DNA of 64,000 bases from Lytechinus pictus (GCF_037042905.1 NC_087252.1:25112001-25176000); one strand, 5' to 3'; positions 44,101-59,100 are shown, counted from the first letter of the stretch. Numbers and translations are program-made. The notes: generated from the letters alone by a model not told the origin.

Positions 44101-47100
44101 AAAATTATGTTTATATTCTATATTTCTCATTTTGATTCCTTTTGCTTCCATAATAAGGAAAAAAAATACCTCAAATATAGTTATCATTTCCAGACAATTA
44201 TGAATAATTTTAGTGTCAAATGAGTGAATGAATTGGATGTGTACTTTGAGGGATTCGTGCCCATATTGGCTGTCCATCCCAGGGGGAGGCAGTCAAAGGT
44301 ATTGCTGTACACATGTGTGACCAAAATAATCCAAACACCCTCAAAATTAGTTTTTTTTCTGTGTGCAAAATAACCCCCTAAACAAGTTTTTTGTGGGCTT
44401 TATTTACGCATTTTGGCCCCTAAACAAGTTGTTGCAAGAATACGACCCCTAAACAAGTTTTTTCTACTTGCTAACAATAAGCTTGAATAGACAAAACTAT
44501 ATTCATGGGGGGAAAAAAACATACCCTAAACACGTTTGGCTATTCTTTAAAAAAAAAAGCTTTGGAAAAAAACACCCTAAAAACGTTTGACCCCGCGATT
44601 GACCATTTATCTTGTCTTTTTTATACCTTTAACGAGTGCACGCACTGCCCGCGTTTAAAACTGAAAAAACACCACTTTAAACATGTTTTTTTTTTATTGG
44701 TCATGCATGTGAACAGCAATATATTTGACATGACCACCCCAGGCTCTCCATACTTAACCCCCACAACTTTAAACCAGGGTTTAATTTAAATGATAAGCCG
44801 CTTGCAGGATTCCTGCAGGATAGACATGCTCTGACTTTTGACAAGGTGCCTTCAGTCAGGTGTGGGTCTAGTCTAAAGATAGTGATATACTCACGACCAG
44901 CAGGGTACGTCGATACGGTGGCAAAGAATCCTGGAGCGTCTGTGAAACCAGAATAGAAGTCGGCCCATACGCGGTCTGACGGTGCGTATACGGTAGTAGG
45001 AGGCACTCTCGTGTGGAACACATCAAACCCCGACGAAATATCGTAATAATCGTGCCCCGTTCCAAAAATGAGAGAGGCACCTTCGGCGAGGTCGAAGAGC
45101 GTGAACTCAAACTTGATGTGCTTGCTAGGGTCGGGGGATGAGAAGGTGTAGGGGAAGAACGTGCTGTTGCCGGGATAGTTTGCAGGATAGAGAGGGGACG
45201 TGAACGTATGAGAAGTATCCACTAAGACATCTTGGTGAACTGGAAATTGAGAAAAAATACAAAAATTAGGGTAGGAATTTACACAATATATTTCAACAGA
45301 CCTGCCTATTAGTCTCATGCACTACAAAGACTCCCACATTGGGGACTCTAGCTTGTTCATCCAAGCAAACCTTTCTCATGCATGTTCCACAGCCTATCCC
45401 AATATATATATTATGCATAATGCCTGTAACCTTGTGCCCAATCACAGAAAATCTTGTGCATACACTGTAGCTGTACTTGACATCTCTATTTGAGTTGAAA
45501 AAAGCCAAATTTGCAAGAAAGAAACGTCAGAATATCTTACATTTTCTGACTTTTTCGACAACAAAATCTTTCATAGGACTGTAAGTCAAGTTTGAAGTCG
45601 AGGCCTCAAACCGTTTTATTAATCAGAAGAACAGGATATTTGTGTATATATAAAGGACAACTGAAACATTTGACCGGTGAATTTGTAACCCCCATTGCCC
45701 AAATAAATCTTTCTTTTTGCATTTCTGTATGCATATTTACATGACCCAAATTTTAAGTTGATCCATTAAATTATTCTTTAGTTATTACAAAATCAAGGGG
45801 ACAGACTGACCAGGAACCTGAAAACATAAATGCTTCTGGCATATAACATAGCTGACACAGTTAAAGGTATTGTGTAACTTTGTGAGCAGCCGATTTAAAA
45901 AATTCTCAAACCAAGATGAAACATGTGTACAAGTGCATGTATTAGAACTAATAAACCCTGAAAACAACCATTATTGAGAATGAAAAGCTAAAACTACAAG
46001 GCAAACCCCGATTTTGTAAATAGGCGTCTTATAGATGCCTAAATAGTACACATAAGTGTATGGGATGAGATTAAGATGGTGTTTTCGGTCACATTATATT
46101 TCAATTTTTGAAGCACTAAATAATTATTTTCGAACGCAATTTTTTCTGGGCTTCATTTTTGTAACATATCACAGACACAGGTGACAAGTGTGACCTTCTA
46201 GCTCAGAATTTTTAAAAGTCAAACCAATGTTAACCAATCACTTTAAGCCCAATGTGTTTATATAGTCCCATACATGTATAAATTTGTGTGCAAAAGGCTC
46301 TCACCTGGCAAACTTCTAACAAGTCATTAGCATAATTCTTGATTTCAACAACTCACGGCATAGACATAATCCAAGGTGAATTATACACTACCTTTCCTTG
46401 TCACTCCAAGAGTGATTTACTTCAAAGTCATACTCAAGACCAGATAATAACTTTCTTTCTTTTTTTTTAAATCAAGAACCAGCCCCAAAACCTAAAACAT
46501 CTCTTACCAATGGAAGGGTGTTCTGGGCAATTCAGTTCATCCGTGTATCCCGGATTGCAATCAGCAATAAAGTCACATAAGTAATATGAAGGTATGCAAG
46601 AGCCGTCTGGACATTCAAACTCGTTTTCACTGCATTCATCTACAATTAGGAAGACAAGTAAATGAATCGTGCTTGCACAATTGTTGGATTTGGCCATTTG
46701 CAATTGTTTTCAATGCATTCATCTACATTTGAAGAGTTTAGTTGCAAAAGGGGTTAGGTCCACTTTGGACCATTCCGAGAAAAACCATGATTTTTATTCT
46801 CACTTATTGCAATATTCTTATGAGAAACTAAATTGTCATGATGTACTACCCTATCATGTGAACATAAAATTGGGTATAAAAGAAATCTACCTGTCTTCAA
46901 TTTTTTTCTATATATTTAACAAAAAATTATCATTGTGGATCTAACCCCTTTTGCAAGCAAACTGAAATGAATCTAATCTCTTTTGATTAAAAAAATGATT
47001 TTTCTTTGCCACTTTCATTCACGTTTTCTTTTTAATTCAAATTTTTTTTTGTATCATCAGAGTGACTAAAAATTTAGAGGTTTAGAGACAGAAAACAATA

Positions 47101-50100
47101 AAATTTATGAAAAATGGACCTAAACCCTTTTGACAAATGAATTCTTCAGAAGAGTTTGGTTGCAAAAGGGATTAGGTCACTCCAAGAAAATAATTTTTTA
47201 AATTCTCCCTTATTGCAATATTCTTATGCGAAACTGAATTTTCATGATACCCTACCATGAGAACATAAAATTGGGTATAAAAGAAATCTACCTGTCTTCA
47301 AATTTTTTAAGATATTCTTTTCCAAAAAAAAATTATGTGTAGCTATCCCCTTTTGCAACTAAACTGAAATGGACCTAACTTTTTTTGAAAAAAGTGATTT
47401 TCATTTTAGTTAACTTTTTAATAGGAATTTTAACTTTTCTTTGGTATCATATTATAGAGCTACTAAAAATCTATACATTGAGACATACAAATCAAATTTG
47501 ATGAAAAATGGACCTAACCCCTTTTGCAAGTGAGCTCTTCATTTTTGAAGACAATTAAAGGCATATTAAGAATTTCGTTTCCAGGGGCCCCTTGCATAAA
47601 AGTTACGATGTAACTTTACCATGCAATTTATTGTAACTTGCATGGAATCCTTGATTCTGATTGGCCGCTGATCAGTGTTACCATGATAGTAGTTACCGTT
47701 GGAAGAAAAAGTTGACATAATAGTAACATTCATGCAAAGGGGCCCAGAATTAACATGGATTGAGCTAAAAAAAAAATTGCAATAAGAGTGCAGTGTGCAC
47801 AGGTACCGGTATTATAAAATGCACAATTTAAAGGCTTATAAAATCACTCAAAAGTCAATGAGAATTCCATAATTGATCAAAAATGAATAAGCCATCTTGG
47901 CATTGGGACTATTTTCAGTGCACTGATCTATATTCACAAAGACAAAATCATTAGAACGGCAATAGGTTTATGTAATTGGTCAATAATGCATGAGCAAGCT
48001 GGCCATTCAAACATGTTTTCAATGCATTCACCTATATTTGGATAGAAAACTTAAGGAATAGAAAACTGCAATTTGAATATCAAAGAGGTAATTGGTGTAT
48101 TTAGCCATCAGGGAATTCAAACTCATTTTCATTTCAATTGACTATATTTGGAAAATAATGTAAGGAATACTAAAATTTATTACAATATAAAATGAGGATA
48201 CATTCTGGGCATTCAAATTCATTCTTGATTCATTCACCTAATTTTGGAAGACGAGTTAAGGCATAATGAAGTAATCTGAATAATCATCCTAATTTCAAAT
48301 GATAATCAAAAGCAAAATGATTGATCAACAAGGGTTATATATGATACTGGTCAATAATTTGACTATTTCACGCATTCACCTAATTTCAGAAAAAGACAAG
48401 TAAAGGCAAATGAAGTTATCTGAATATCAATGAGTCTTATATAGTTTGTTAAGAATGCATGATCCATTTGATGCATTCATCCTCATTTCAAATGATAATT
48501 TAATGCAAAATCATTGATCAACAAGGGTTATATATATAACTGGTCAATAATTTGACTATTTCATGCATTCACCTAATTTTGGAAAAAAGACGAGTAAAGG
48601 TATATGAAGTCATCTGAACATCAATGAGTGTTTGTTAAGAATGCATGATCCATTTGATGCATTCATCCTCATTTCAAATGAAGGCAAATTCATTGATCAA
48701 CAAGGTTTCTATATAACTGGTCAATAATTTGACTATTTCATGCTTTAGGATGATATTCAATGAGTGTGCACGACACACTGCTATGTAAATAGATAGGTGA
48801 TGAGAATTATGCATACTTGATACATGCTTTAAAAAGTCATGAAATTTCTTAGGAATCATTTCTACACAAAATTAAATTGCTTTTAAAGTGTATTGTTGTA
48901 TAAATTCAGCAGTTTCAGGGAATGGAATGAACATTGTGTCGGTAATTGGTATGTTTTTGTCTGGTGGAAATGATCCGTCTTATTAATCACATTTGAAGGG
49001 AACATAATTTTTTAAAAGATTGCTCTGGTGTGTGTTAGCCAGTACCAAATTACGATTGGCGGGCAATATAAATACAAAATAGTTTGGGGAAGATAAAAGC
49101 TTAGAAGACATATTATTCCGATGTGTTTTATTTCCACTTTGTTCTCAATATCATTTAAGAATCCCTTAAGGCGACTGTACACCGTACGATTGGTCTGTGA
49201 CCCGATTTCAGAATAAAATGTAGTAGAATTTGATACTAACATTGAGACTTTGAATATCTTACTGTGTAATGTTCTAAATCATTGTACAAATACCTATATG
49301 TTCAAATCTGTGACTATGCTATCATCCTTCTTAGAATAAAAGCAATTTAATATCTAGTCGTAATGACGTCATAGCAGTTGTACGACTGGCTACGATTTGA
49401 AACTAATTTGGCCTTTACTCCGAAATAAAGGCTTGCAATCTTTCAAAATGGTTATATTAGTATTCTTTTAATTAATTCAAACCCCAAAGAAAATGAGCAA
49501 TATGCAATTGTTCCAAAATCGGATCGCGAACAGTCGTAAGGTGTGCGGTGGCCTTATTCACCAGGGTGCGATTGAATTAAGGCAAATGATATGTATTATT
49601 GGAACAGAATGTGGCAACACCAGACCACGTATGAATAATAAGTACATGTATCAACAAAACACTTACTTGTTGACGTCGCCGACGCATATAGCTTGTTGAA
49701 TCCATACGGGCCCCCGTGCAGTTTCACCCATATTGCATGTGAAGGCGATATCACCGATATTGGTGCTACGCTTGGGACTTCAGTAGTATAGTCCAGGTAG
49801 AGTAGAGTTGTGTAAAAATTGTCTGGATCGAATCCATCCCCTACCAGTGCGTACCCTCCGACCTCAGTGGAGAAGTCATAAACATTGATCTGGGTGGCAA
49901 GAACGGTATCAACGTATAAGTAATATTTACGTTAGTGCATCATGAACACCATCGTTCACCCATTAACTGGTACAGCAAAATATCAACGCATTTCACCAAT
50001 TCTCCAAAAGCTACTTTGGTTACCAATCCGGAAGCGTATAGAATTTAAAATACTTCTTCTCACTTGGAAAGTGTTAAACGGTATGGCACCAAATTATTCA

Positions 50101-53100
50101 CAAGACCTTGTCGTGCCTTGTACACCAGCTGGCAGGCCTCCCCAAATTCTATATTCCTCGATGGTTTGTAAGATATGTGCATATTGAAGGAATGTAATAC
50201 CAAAATCAGCAAGCTATCTTCTTATAATCATTATTGTAAAAATAGTAATTTTAATCATCATTAAAACTATTATCATCATTATCACATATAATAGATTCAT
50301 TATCATCAGCATAATAATAATAGGCCTTTATAAAAAATTGCACCATCTATCTAGAAATAATCTATTCCGAGGCGCATTGTTATTATCATTATTACCCCAG
50401 CTTTAGCTCAAGCAGCCTTCCAGTGCTCAGTGCATTTCAAGGAATTAATCCTGCTGGGCACCCATTCACCTCACCTGGGTTGAGTGCAGCAGAATGTGGA
50501 TAAATTTCTTGCTGAAGGAATCATGCCATGGCTGGGATTTGAACCCACGTCCCTCAGATTGAGAGACAAGAGCCGTAACCACTAGACCAGGACGCCCCCA
50601 TGGAATCATTATTTAACCTTATTTATGGAATTAAAATTCAACCTTAAAACCAGACCTGCCAACCTCTGGGAATGAGAAACTGTATTCTGTGATACAAAAA
50701 AATGTATTTTCCCCCCCAAAAGTGTATTTCATAATAAAATGCTTGGCGCACTCGCCCATCACGGCGCTCAAGCTGCATGCAAGCTAAAATGCGCACTGCT
50801 CTTGCAGATGAAAAAAAAACCCATTGAAACTTGTGTATATCTCACCCTGGTTTTTACAAAATGATGAAAAAAAAACAAGTTACCTGAAATTACATTGATC
50901 TAATAACCATATTTGTGTACGTTTTATGAAATAGAGACATATAGAGATGATTTTTCTCAATAAATTACGATTTTTTATTTATTTATTTTATTTTTTTAAA
51001 ACAAAAAACATATTTTTTAAAGAAAAACCGTACTGCCCTATTTTGGTTGCAAAAATGTACTAAATACGGCTAAAACGTACTGGTTGGCAGGTCTGTAAAA
51101 CCCATTCACACACTGGAAGCCTTCAAAGTTCAACAGATAAACTTTTGTTCCAGATCTCCTATCGCAAACCAAAAGTCACACTTGGCAATGGAATAACCTG
51201 CCAATTGACACAAGAACAGGGTTCCCAGCTTTTCAAGAAAACAAAATTCCCTGATTTATCCCTGATGGAGTTTTTAAAATTCCCTGATAATTATTTGAAC
51301 CCATTCCCAGTTTCGCATGTTTTCTAAGTTGATGCAGTGAACTAAATGTAAAAAAATACAAAAAAAAACCCACCAAACCAGTCATTCGATGGATGTTGTT
51401 TTGATATGCAACAAAGTAAAATGGAGTCTGACTGACGACTGTGCTTTCAACTTTTGGGCCTGATTTGAGGTAAATTTTATCAAATTCCCTGATTTCCCTG
51501 ACGGGCTGGGAACCCTCGGCTGAATAAGCTCTTCGTCTCTGTCAATCTTCAAATTGAAATTGAAAACCTTTCTCTTTAGTTCAAAAAAATGTGGTGAACA
51601 TGCAGAATTAAGTAAAACGGTCTCTGAGTATTAACCACTTGACTGCTGACTGCCATAATTAGTATATACAACCCCTCTGTGCTGAGCCAATTTAATACAC
51701 ACTCAAATTTCACTACATAGCAAGTGGCTTTGAGCTTCTACAAATCACAGGGGAAGTCCCGAAATTTATTTTTTATAGCGCCATCTGTTGTCCAAATCCG
51801 CAGTTTTGATAGTCCTGTGCTATTTCCACCATAGGGGTATTACAGCGCGATGCTGACACTTAAATCGGACAGTGTTGTAAGCACGTAATATTACGTGGTC
51901 CGCACAGAATGCAAACTAGCCAAGCACGTAATATTACATGGCCCGCAGCCAAGTGGTTAAAGCGCAGCTGAATATATTCATACAAAAGCTACACTATACT
52001 TATTTGTATTAATTATCATTATCTTTATTATCATTATTATTATCATTTAGATTTTCAGATTTAGATTTAGATTCAGATTTATTTCCAACAGAAATGACAT
52101 AAATATTGATACAAATCATTTTCATGCATTTATAACAAATATTTACGACACTAATCATTATTATAATTATATTAAAAACCTCGATGATAATTAACATATA
52201 AAGATATATACAAAATATGATGCATTTTGTAGATGAATGATATATTATGATTTAAATAGAAAAAAGGGTATCTGTGGAAATGGGAGATTCACTCAAAGGC
52301 ATGTTTAGCTTGTATAATGTGAACCCCCGGGGGGGCCACTTCCATTGACGAGTGGATACCATGCGCGACCACGGGGTCTTGAAAAGCACCCTAAACACGT
52401 ATTTTCCATATTCTGAAAAAGCACCCCTTAACAAGTATTGGCGTGTGAAACCCTACCCTTAAGTATTGGAAACAAATACTATTGGCAAGTATTCCCAGAA
52501 TTGAGCCCCTAAACAAGTACAGCGATGTATTTTCCATATTCTGAAAATGCACCCCTTAACAAGTATTAGAAACAAAAGATACTCTTGGCAAGTATTTCCT
52601 GAAATGAACCCTTAAACAAGTACAGCGATATTTTATTGTTATGTCACGGGTCCGTCGGTCGTCGGTTTTACCTTTACACACCATTATTTTGGTTTAGTAC
52701 GGCCCCACCTATCACACCTCGCGCAAAACAGACTCTAAACACGTAGTGTTGGGGCAAAAAGGACATCCTTTATAAAACATTTTGATTTTGTTTTATCATC
52801 CCCGCATATTTGACCCTAAACACGTATATTTTTCCGAGCGAAATATTTTTGTGTTTTTGACACCCTTATCACGTTACTTACGTAACGTGCCCTATCTTGA
52901 AAAAGACATCCTTTTTACATGTTTTTTTGGTCGCGCATGGTTTCCACTCGTCAATGTAAGTGGCCCCCCCGGGTGTGAACCCCCCCTCAAGGAAAAGAAA
53001 AGAGAGAGAGAGGGAGAGAGAGAGATTGTTATCATTATCATCATTATCACTATTAATATACAATTACTATGGCGGGCCTACCCGAATTCTATATCCTTCG

Positions 53101-56100
53101 ATGGTTTGGAAGGTGAAGACGTAGAACACGTTCATCCCGTAATCATTAGGATAGTTGGGGGATGTGAAATTCATGGTTTGTCCTGGACTTAAAACTCGGG
53201 CATCTGCAGATAAATAACAAACAAAAAGCCATATAGAATTACAGATAAATTCTGGTACTGGGAACAACAGAAAATAAAATGTCCATAGAATAAAAAAAAA
53301 AACTTACACAGAATTATAAAAAACTATGAATAAATGATATCTGCCAAAGTATTTCTCAGGAAAATGTATAGGACTAATTACAGGGTAATGAGCAATAAAA
53401 GATTAGAAAAATTCATGAAAAATGTCTGTACACACATATTGTTTCCTGTGTTAGCGAAACCAGGAAGGGCACATGGTAATGAAATGAATATAATTTCAAG
53501 TATGATTGAATTATTTGATTAAACTTGCTTGTTCTAAATAAGCATTCTGGCGTATGATAAACACTTAAGGATTGCTTCCAACCATTTCCTATTGAAATTA
53601 GAACTCTATACCAGAACTAAAACTTAGCTTAATTTAGAGTGGTAATGCGATGTTGTTCCCGTAAAGTGCAAGAAAGACCAATCCTGCTTGATAAGTAATC
53701 TGATAATCACGTTCTATTCACAGACCCATAAACAGAATCAACACTAGTTTGTCTCAATAATGTCAAGAACTTTTAGATTAATTATGGAAGTATACTGTCA
53801 TTCTCATAGGGATAATTGAAAACTGAAGAAACCTTGAATAAACTCTCCATCCCCCCTTATGTTCAGTTGATTCTTAAATCATGATTGTCTGGTTTAAAAC
53901 CATTATAATTCTAACCTCTAGGCAATAAAGTTTTACTAAATCAAATTTAAGAAATGCTGACAAATCGAAATCTATGCCGCTGATAGAATTGTTTCTCATT
54001 TAGCAACCCAAATTTAAAAGAATTCGAATAAGTACCTCATGACGCAAAACCATCGTTGGAGAAGGCAAACCCCTGTTACGAACCATGGAAAACCCAAATC
54101 ACCCCAGGTCAGTTATTTAAGTATCTAGACATATGTTTCTTGACCTCGATGGGTCCGAAAAAAAAACTAAACCGCAATTACATACACAGCGCACCAATTC
54201 GAGCAAACTCGCTCGCCATCGCATGCAGTCATTTTGATTTCTCTTTAAAAGTTTCCTTATTTCGGGGCCGATTTTCTTCGTTCGAAACTTAAAACAGAAT
54301 AACATTGGATTTCAAAATACAATATGCATTTGATATCTTGATTAAATATCAAATACAATAATTTAATTCAGAAAGGCCTACTACAGGCAGAGCTGCTCTT
54401 ACGTAATATCACAGCTGTTGTGGTCTAACCCTTGGGCTTGCGCCTAGCTGAGAAGGAGAAACGTTACATAAGAGGGATTATCGGGCAATTCAGGGTTGAT
54501 ATCGCTTGGGAATGAAATATCTTGGTTCCTCCAACAACGATTTTGTTATCGGGGTATACGACAGCAGCAAAGCCATGAGCTGGTGCATGCAGTCGCCTTT
54601 GCAACGAGGGTTTGACGTAATGTGGTTTAAAGCATTGGAAAAGTGTTCAGCAGATCCCTACTTGTCCACATCCAATGTAAGCACTTGAATCTCCACGCCC
54701 TGAGAAGTCTAATCCAAATTACCAGCCATGAAGCATAGGCTTTTACAACCCATTTAACACCTGGGTGGAGAGCGGCAATAAAGCATGAATTGTCAAAGGA
54801 GGCTCTTCCACAAACTGAATGCATTTTCCTGCAGAAATTAATCGCCCCCTACCCCCGGCATGGTGTTTTCCTTGGAAAAAAGATTATCCACATACAACAT
54901 TCCTATCTAAAACCTGGGTGGAGAGTGGCAAAGTGTGGATTCATGCGTCATAAAAGGCTCTTCCACAAACTGAATGTATTTTCCTGTAGAAATCGCCCCC
55001 CTCCCCCCAGCATGGTGTTTTCCTTGGAAAAAAAAATTATCCACGTACCACATTCCTATTGAAAACCTGGGTGGAGAGTGGCAAAATGTGGATTCATGCC
55101 TCATAAAAGAATGCTAGGCAATGAGGGGATTTGAAAAAAAAAAAAAATTAATCCACGAAGTATGGCCATGCATGCATTACATTAAACTTGTTATAATAAA
55201 ACAATCATTTGCAATAGCATTTTAAAGCTACTGAAATCATTCGATTGATTGGCTGAAGGAAATTGTTTATGCTATTAAAACAAGTCTTTATAAAACAGTA
55301 CCCTAAATGTACACTGTATTTACCTATAGAATCTGGCCCCCCGCACGATGTTTCGTCAGAAAAATCGGCGCAATCGAGATACCCATCACACATCCAGGCA
55401 ACTGGAAAGCACCTCTCATTGGGCGCACATCGGAATGTACTATTTGAATCACAAGGACCTAAAACAAAAACAAAATATTTACCAAAAAAAATTGATGGTC
55501 AGAACTCAAATTTATTAGAATAACCTTGCCCACTATTCCATTTCATTATTAGATTATATTACTGCATGGGCAACAAAATGGTTCTTGTGTAAAGGATATG
55601 AACTAAAAATGTGTTTCAGAGTATAATTTTACATATTACACATCAAACTTTAATTCAATTGGGTGCCCATAAAATGCAATCAAAATTAAATATCTGCATA
55701 ATTTTGTCTTACTTATAAAAAAGACTTTACAAGCATGGAAATCAAAGGCTGAATATCTCGGGATATGATCTTTGTCAGGAGATTTTTAATATCCAAATAC
55801 TAAATATTTAAATAGTACATGCTCATCTTTAATCCAAATAAAAGTAAGAGAAATACCACAAGAGGGCGCTAGATTTGAATTTAAATCCCAACAGCCAGAA
55901 CATACCACATTTAAAATGGATAAAAATGCATTCAATGACTACTACAGATCCTTTTTAATATTATGATATCAAATGATATTTAAGTATAATTTACACCACT
56001 GGCCCTTATCACAGCTATAGGCAGGCTTTATAACATTCTTATCAATAGTAAGTCACATAAAATCATTTTCAATTTTTAGAGAAAATTGAATTTGTTTGAA

Positions 56101-59100
56101 TTCACAACACACGACATAATTCGTGAGAAGCATCCCAAGAATCAAAACTTTAAAAATTCAGAACTCTGTTATCGTTTGACATATCACCGAACCTTCTCCA
56201 AAATGCTCCTATATTTCTTTTACTTAAATTATCAAAATTAATCCAACTTATCGTCAGGTTGAACTCTCCTCCCCTTCAACAACAGCACCAACGACGACTG
56301 AACAAAACTCACAATTTTGATGTTCGTCATCTCCGCCGGGACAATCTTCATATCACTGAACCTTCTCCAAAATGCTCCGTTATTTCTTTTACTTAAATTA
56401 TCAAAATTAATCCAACTTATCGTCAGGTTGAACTCTCGTCCCCTTCAACAACAGCACCAACGACGACTGAACAAAACTCACAATTTTGATGTTCGTCATC
56501 TCCACCGGGACAATCTTCAAAGTGATCACATTCCCAGGCAGCATGGATGCATGTCTCACCGTCCGCACACTGATACTGATGGTTGCCGGCAACACACTCT
56601 CCTGCAAAATGGAATAGAAATTGGTGGTGATTTTTTACCTGATTGCTAAGAAAGCATTAATGCTTGTAAGCAAGCAACCAGAGGAGCGACGGCTTAAGGT
56701 CCTCTCCGAAGGACCTGGTACTGAGGATTAATGCCTTACCAAAGGGTATAGCGCACCAAGTGGGAATCGAACCCGGGTCACCGAAATACGAATTCCCCGC
56801 TCTACCGACTGAGCTATCGCGCCTCCCGTATATTATTGTATAGTATATAGTATAATATTTCAATTCAATCAAGTTTCATTCAATTGAATTGAATTGAATT
56901 TGAATTTGAATTTAAATTTATTTTACATATTCCACATGTGAACATAATACAAGAACAACACAACATCAGATGATTCGACTTGATATATAAATCAGACATT
57001 GTATTTGCAATTAACATAAAATTCATGATTTAATTTGGGACCAAGGGCCCGTTTCATAAAGAGTTGCAACTGTTGTAACTTTGCCATTATGGCAACTGCC
57101 ATGGTAACCTTGATTCTGATTGGCTGCTGAGCCCTGCTACAATGGTAGTTGCCATAATGGCAGAGTTACATCAGTTGTAAGTCCTTTATGAAACAGGCCC
57201 CTGAAATTGACTTGCAATGATTGCAAGTTTCTAGCAAAACTCCAGCGATCAAATGCAAATCAGAATTGCAAGACTTATGATTGATTTTGATGTTGAAACT
57301 GACCTGCCATTGACTGCCAGTTTCTTGCAACACACAGAGAAACGTAGGCTTACCTGGAGCGGGCATGTTGGCGCAAACCTCTGGAATTTCGTCCGACTTG
57401 TCTGAACAGTCGTAGTAATCGTCACATTGCCAGTAGCTGGGGATGCACTCTCCATCACTGGCACACTGGAACTGTCCAAGGTCACACGAAACAGGTGTAT
57501 ATGCTATAAATAGTATAAATTATCATAATAAGCACTTATACAGCACCATGTACCCAGAAAAATATATTCCGACGTGCATTGTTATTACTACTACATGTAT
57601 TATCCCGGCTTTAGCTCCTGTTGCCTTCCAGCGCTCAGTGCATGCATTCAAGGAATTAATCCTGCTGGGTACCCATTCACCTCACCTGGGTTGAGTGCAG
57701 CACAATGTGAGTGATTTTCTTGCTGCACAAAACCACGCTGTGGCTGGAATTTGAACCCACGTCCCTCTAATTGGAAGACGAGAATGGTAACCACTGGACC
57801 ACATCAAAATCAAATAAAATCATCTATTTCCACAACAATGCAAAAAACATTACAAATATACACACAAAAAATGGACAATACAAAATGAATATGAACAGAG
57901 TAAGATTCAAAATATAATTCAAATAAATCTAGAAACATCATTGTGGGGGAGCAAAAAAGAAGGGAAATAATGTGGCACCCGACATTAAGTAAACAGCTTG
58001 TTAACACAACCCAAAATGCACATTTCTTAACAATGGAAGTAAATGAACGTGGTTTTCATTCAGAATTTTAAAGTAGTAGTTAAAAAAGTCAACACGATAA
58101 TAGATGTCACAACAAAAGTAAAAATATACAATAAACATCAGTATAGACATTGAAAATGTATTGCTGTGAATATAAGTCATCAACCCAAGGCAGAAAACGT
58201 ATCCGTCCGTCCCAAAATGCAAAATATTTTCCGCGTTGGAAATGTCCAAATGACAGCTCTAAATATTCCCTTCACCAGCCACGTCCCTTATATATAATCT
58301 ACATTTAATACTACCGTCAGAAGACAATTTCAATTTCTTTATTTTGATTGTAATTTCTTTTAATCTTATTCGATTTGATTTAATTCCTCGTACATTTTTT
58401 ACCCCACTGCTCTGCTCTGTTAATGTTCTATATTCAACATGCTGATGATGTCTTATTTATATCTTCACTAAGAAAAATAATATCTTTATAGGAAATTAAA
58501 TTTGAATATCGACTCACTAGATGGATGAATGGCGTTAAATTCAATTTCAAATCCCGTTCCACCAGGATGAGTGCCGGGAAAGAAGAACATTAATGCGACG
58601 TTGGTTTGTAGAGCATAAACTCTTCCTGGAACTGGTTCAAAGCGGTAATAATAGAACGCCAAATCGTTTGATGGATGGCTTGTATCTGATCCGTTTTCAA
58701 AGTTCAGTCTGGCCGTAAGTCTAAGGTCGAATGTTATGAAAGTGTATCCGATGATGAGGTCAGGGTCCTCGGTGGTGATGGCCCAGTATCGGTTCTCAAG
58801 AGCGGGGTACGGGTTGGGATATGATGGGGGCTGGACAAGCACCGGTGTTCCTTGAACAAGGGTGATGTTTACTGTAGAGAAAAGAATTGATATTGATGAT
58901 GAGGAGGAGAAGGTGGAAAAGCAATGATCAGTAGGAGGAGGGACAAAAATACAAGAAGAAAGAAGACGAGGGGAGGAGAAAGAGAGGAGGGAGGGAGAAG
59001 AGGAAGATGATAAAGAAGAGGGGGAGGAGGAAGAGGAGGGGGAGGAAGAAGAAGAAAAGGGGGAAGAAGAAGAGGAGGAGGACGAAGATGATAAAGAAAA

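Noticed and set aside
49890..53081. Introner-type transposon origin for the new intron
   Set aside because: No TIR or target duplication at the intron boundaries; the internal elements are later insertions.
56750..56824. Possible tRNA gene
   Set aside because: Acceptor and anticodon stems do not close and the sequence runs into a SINE body.
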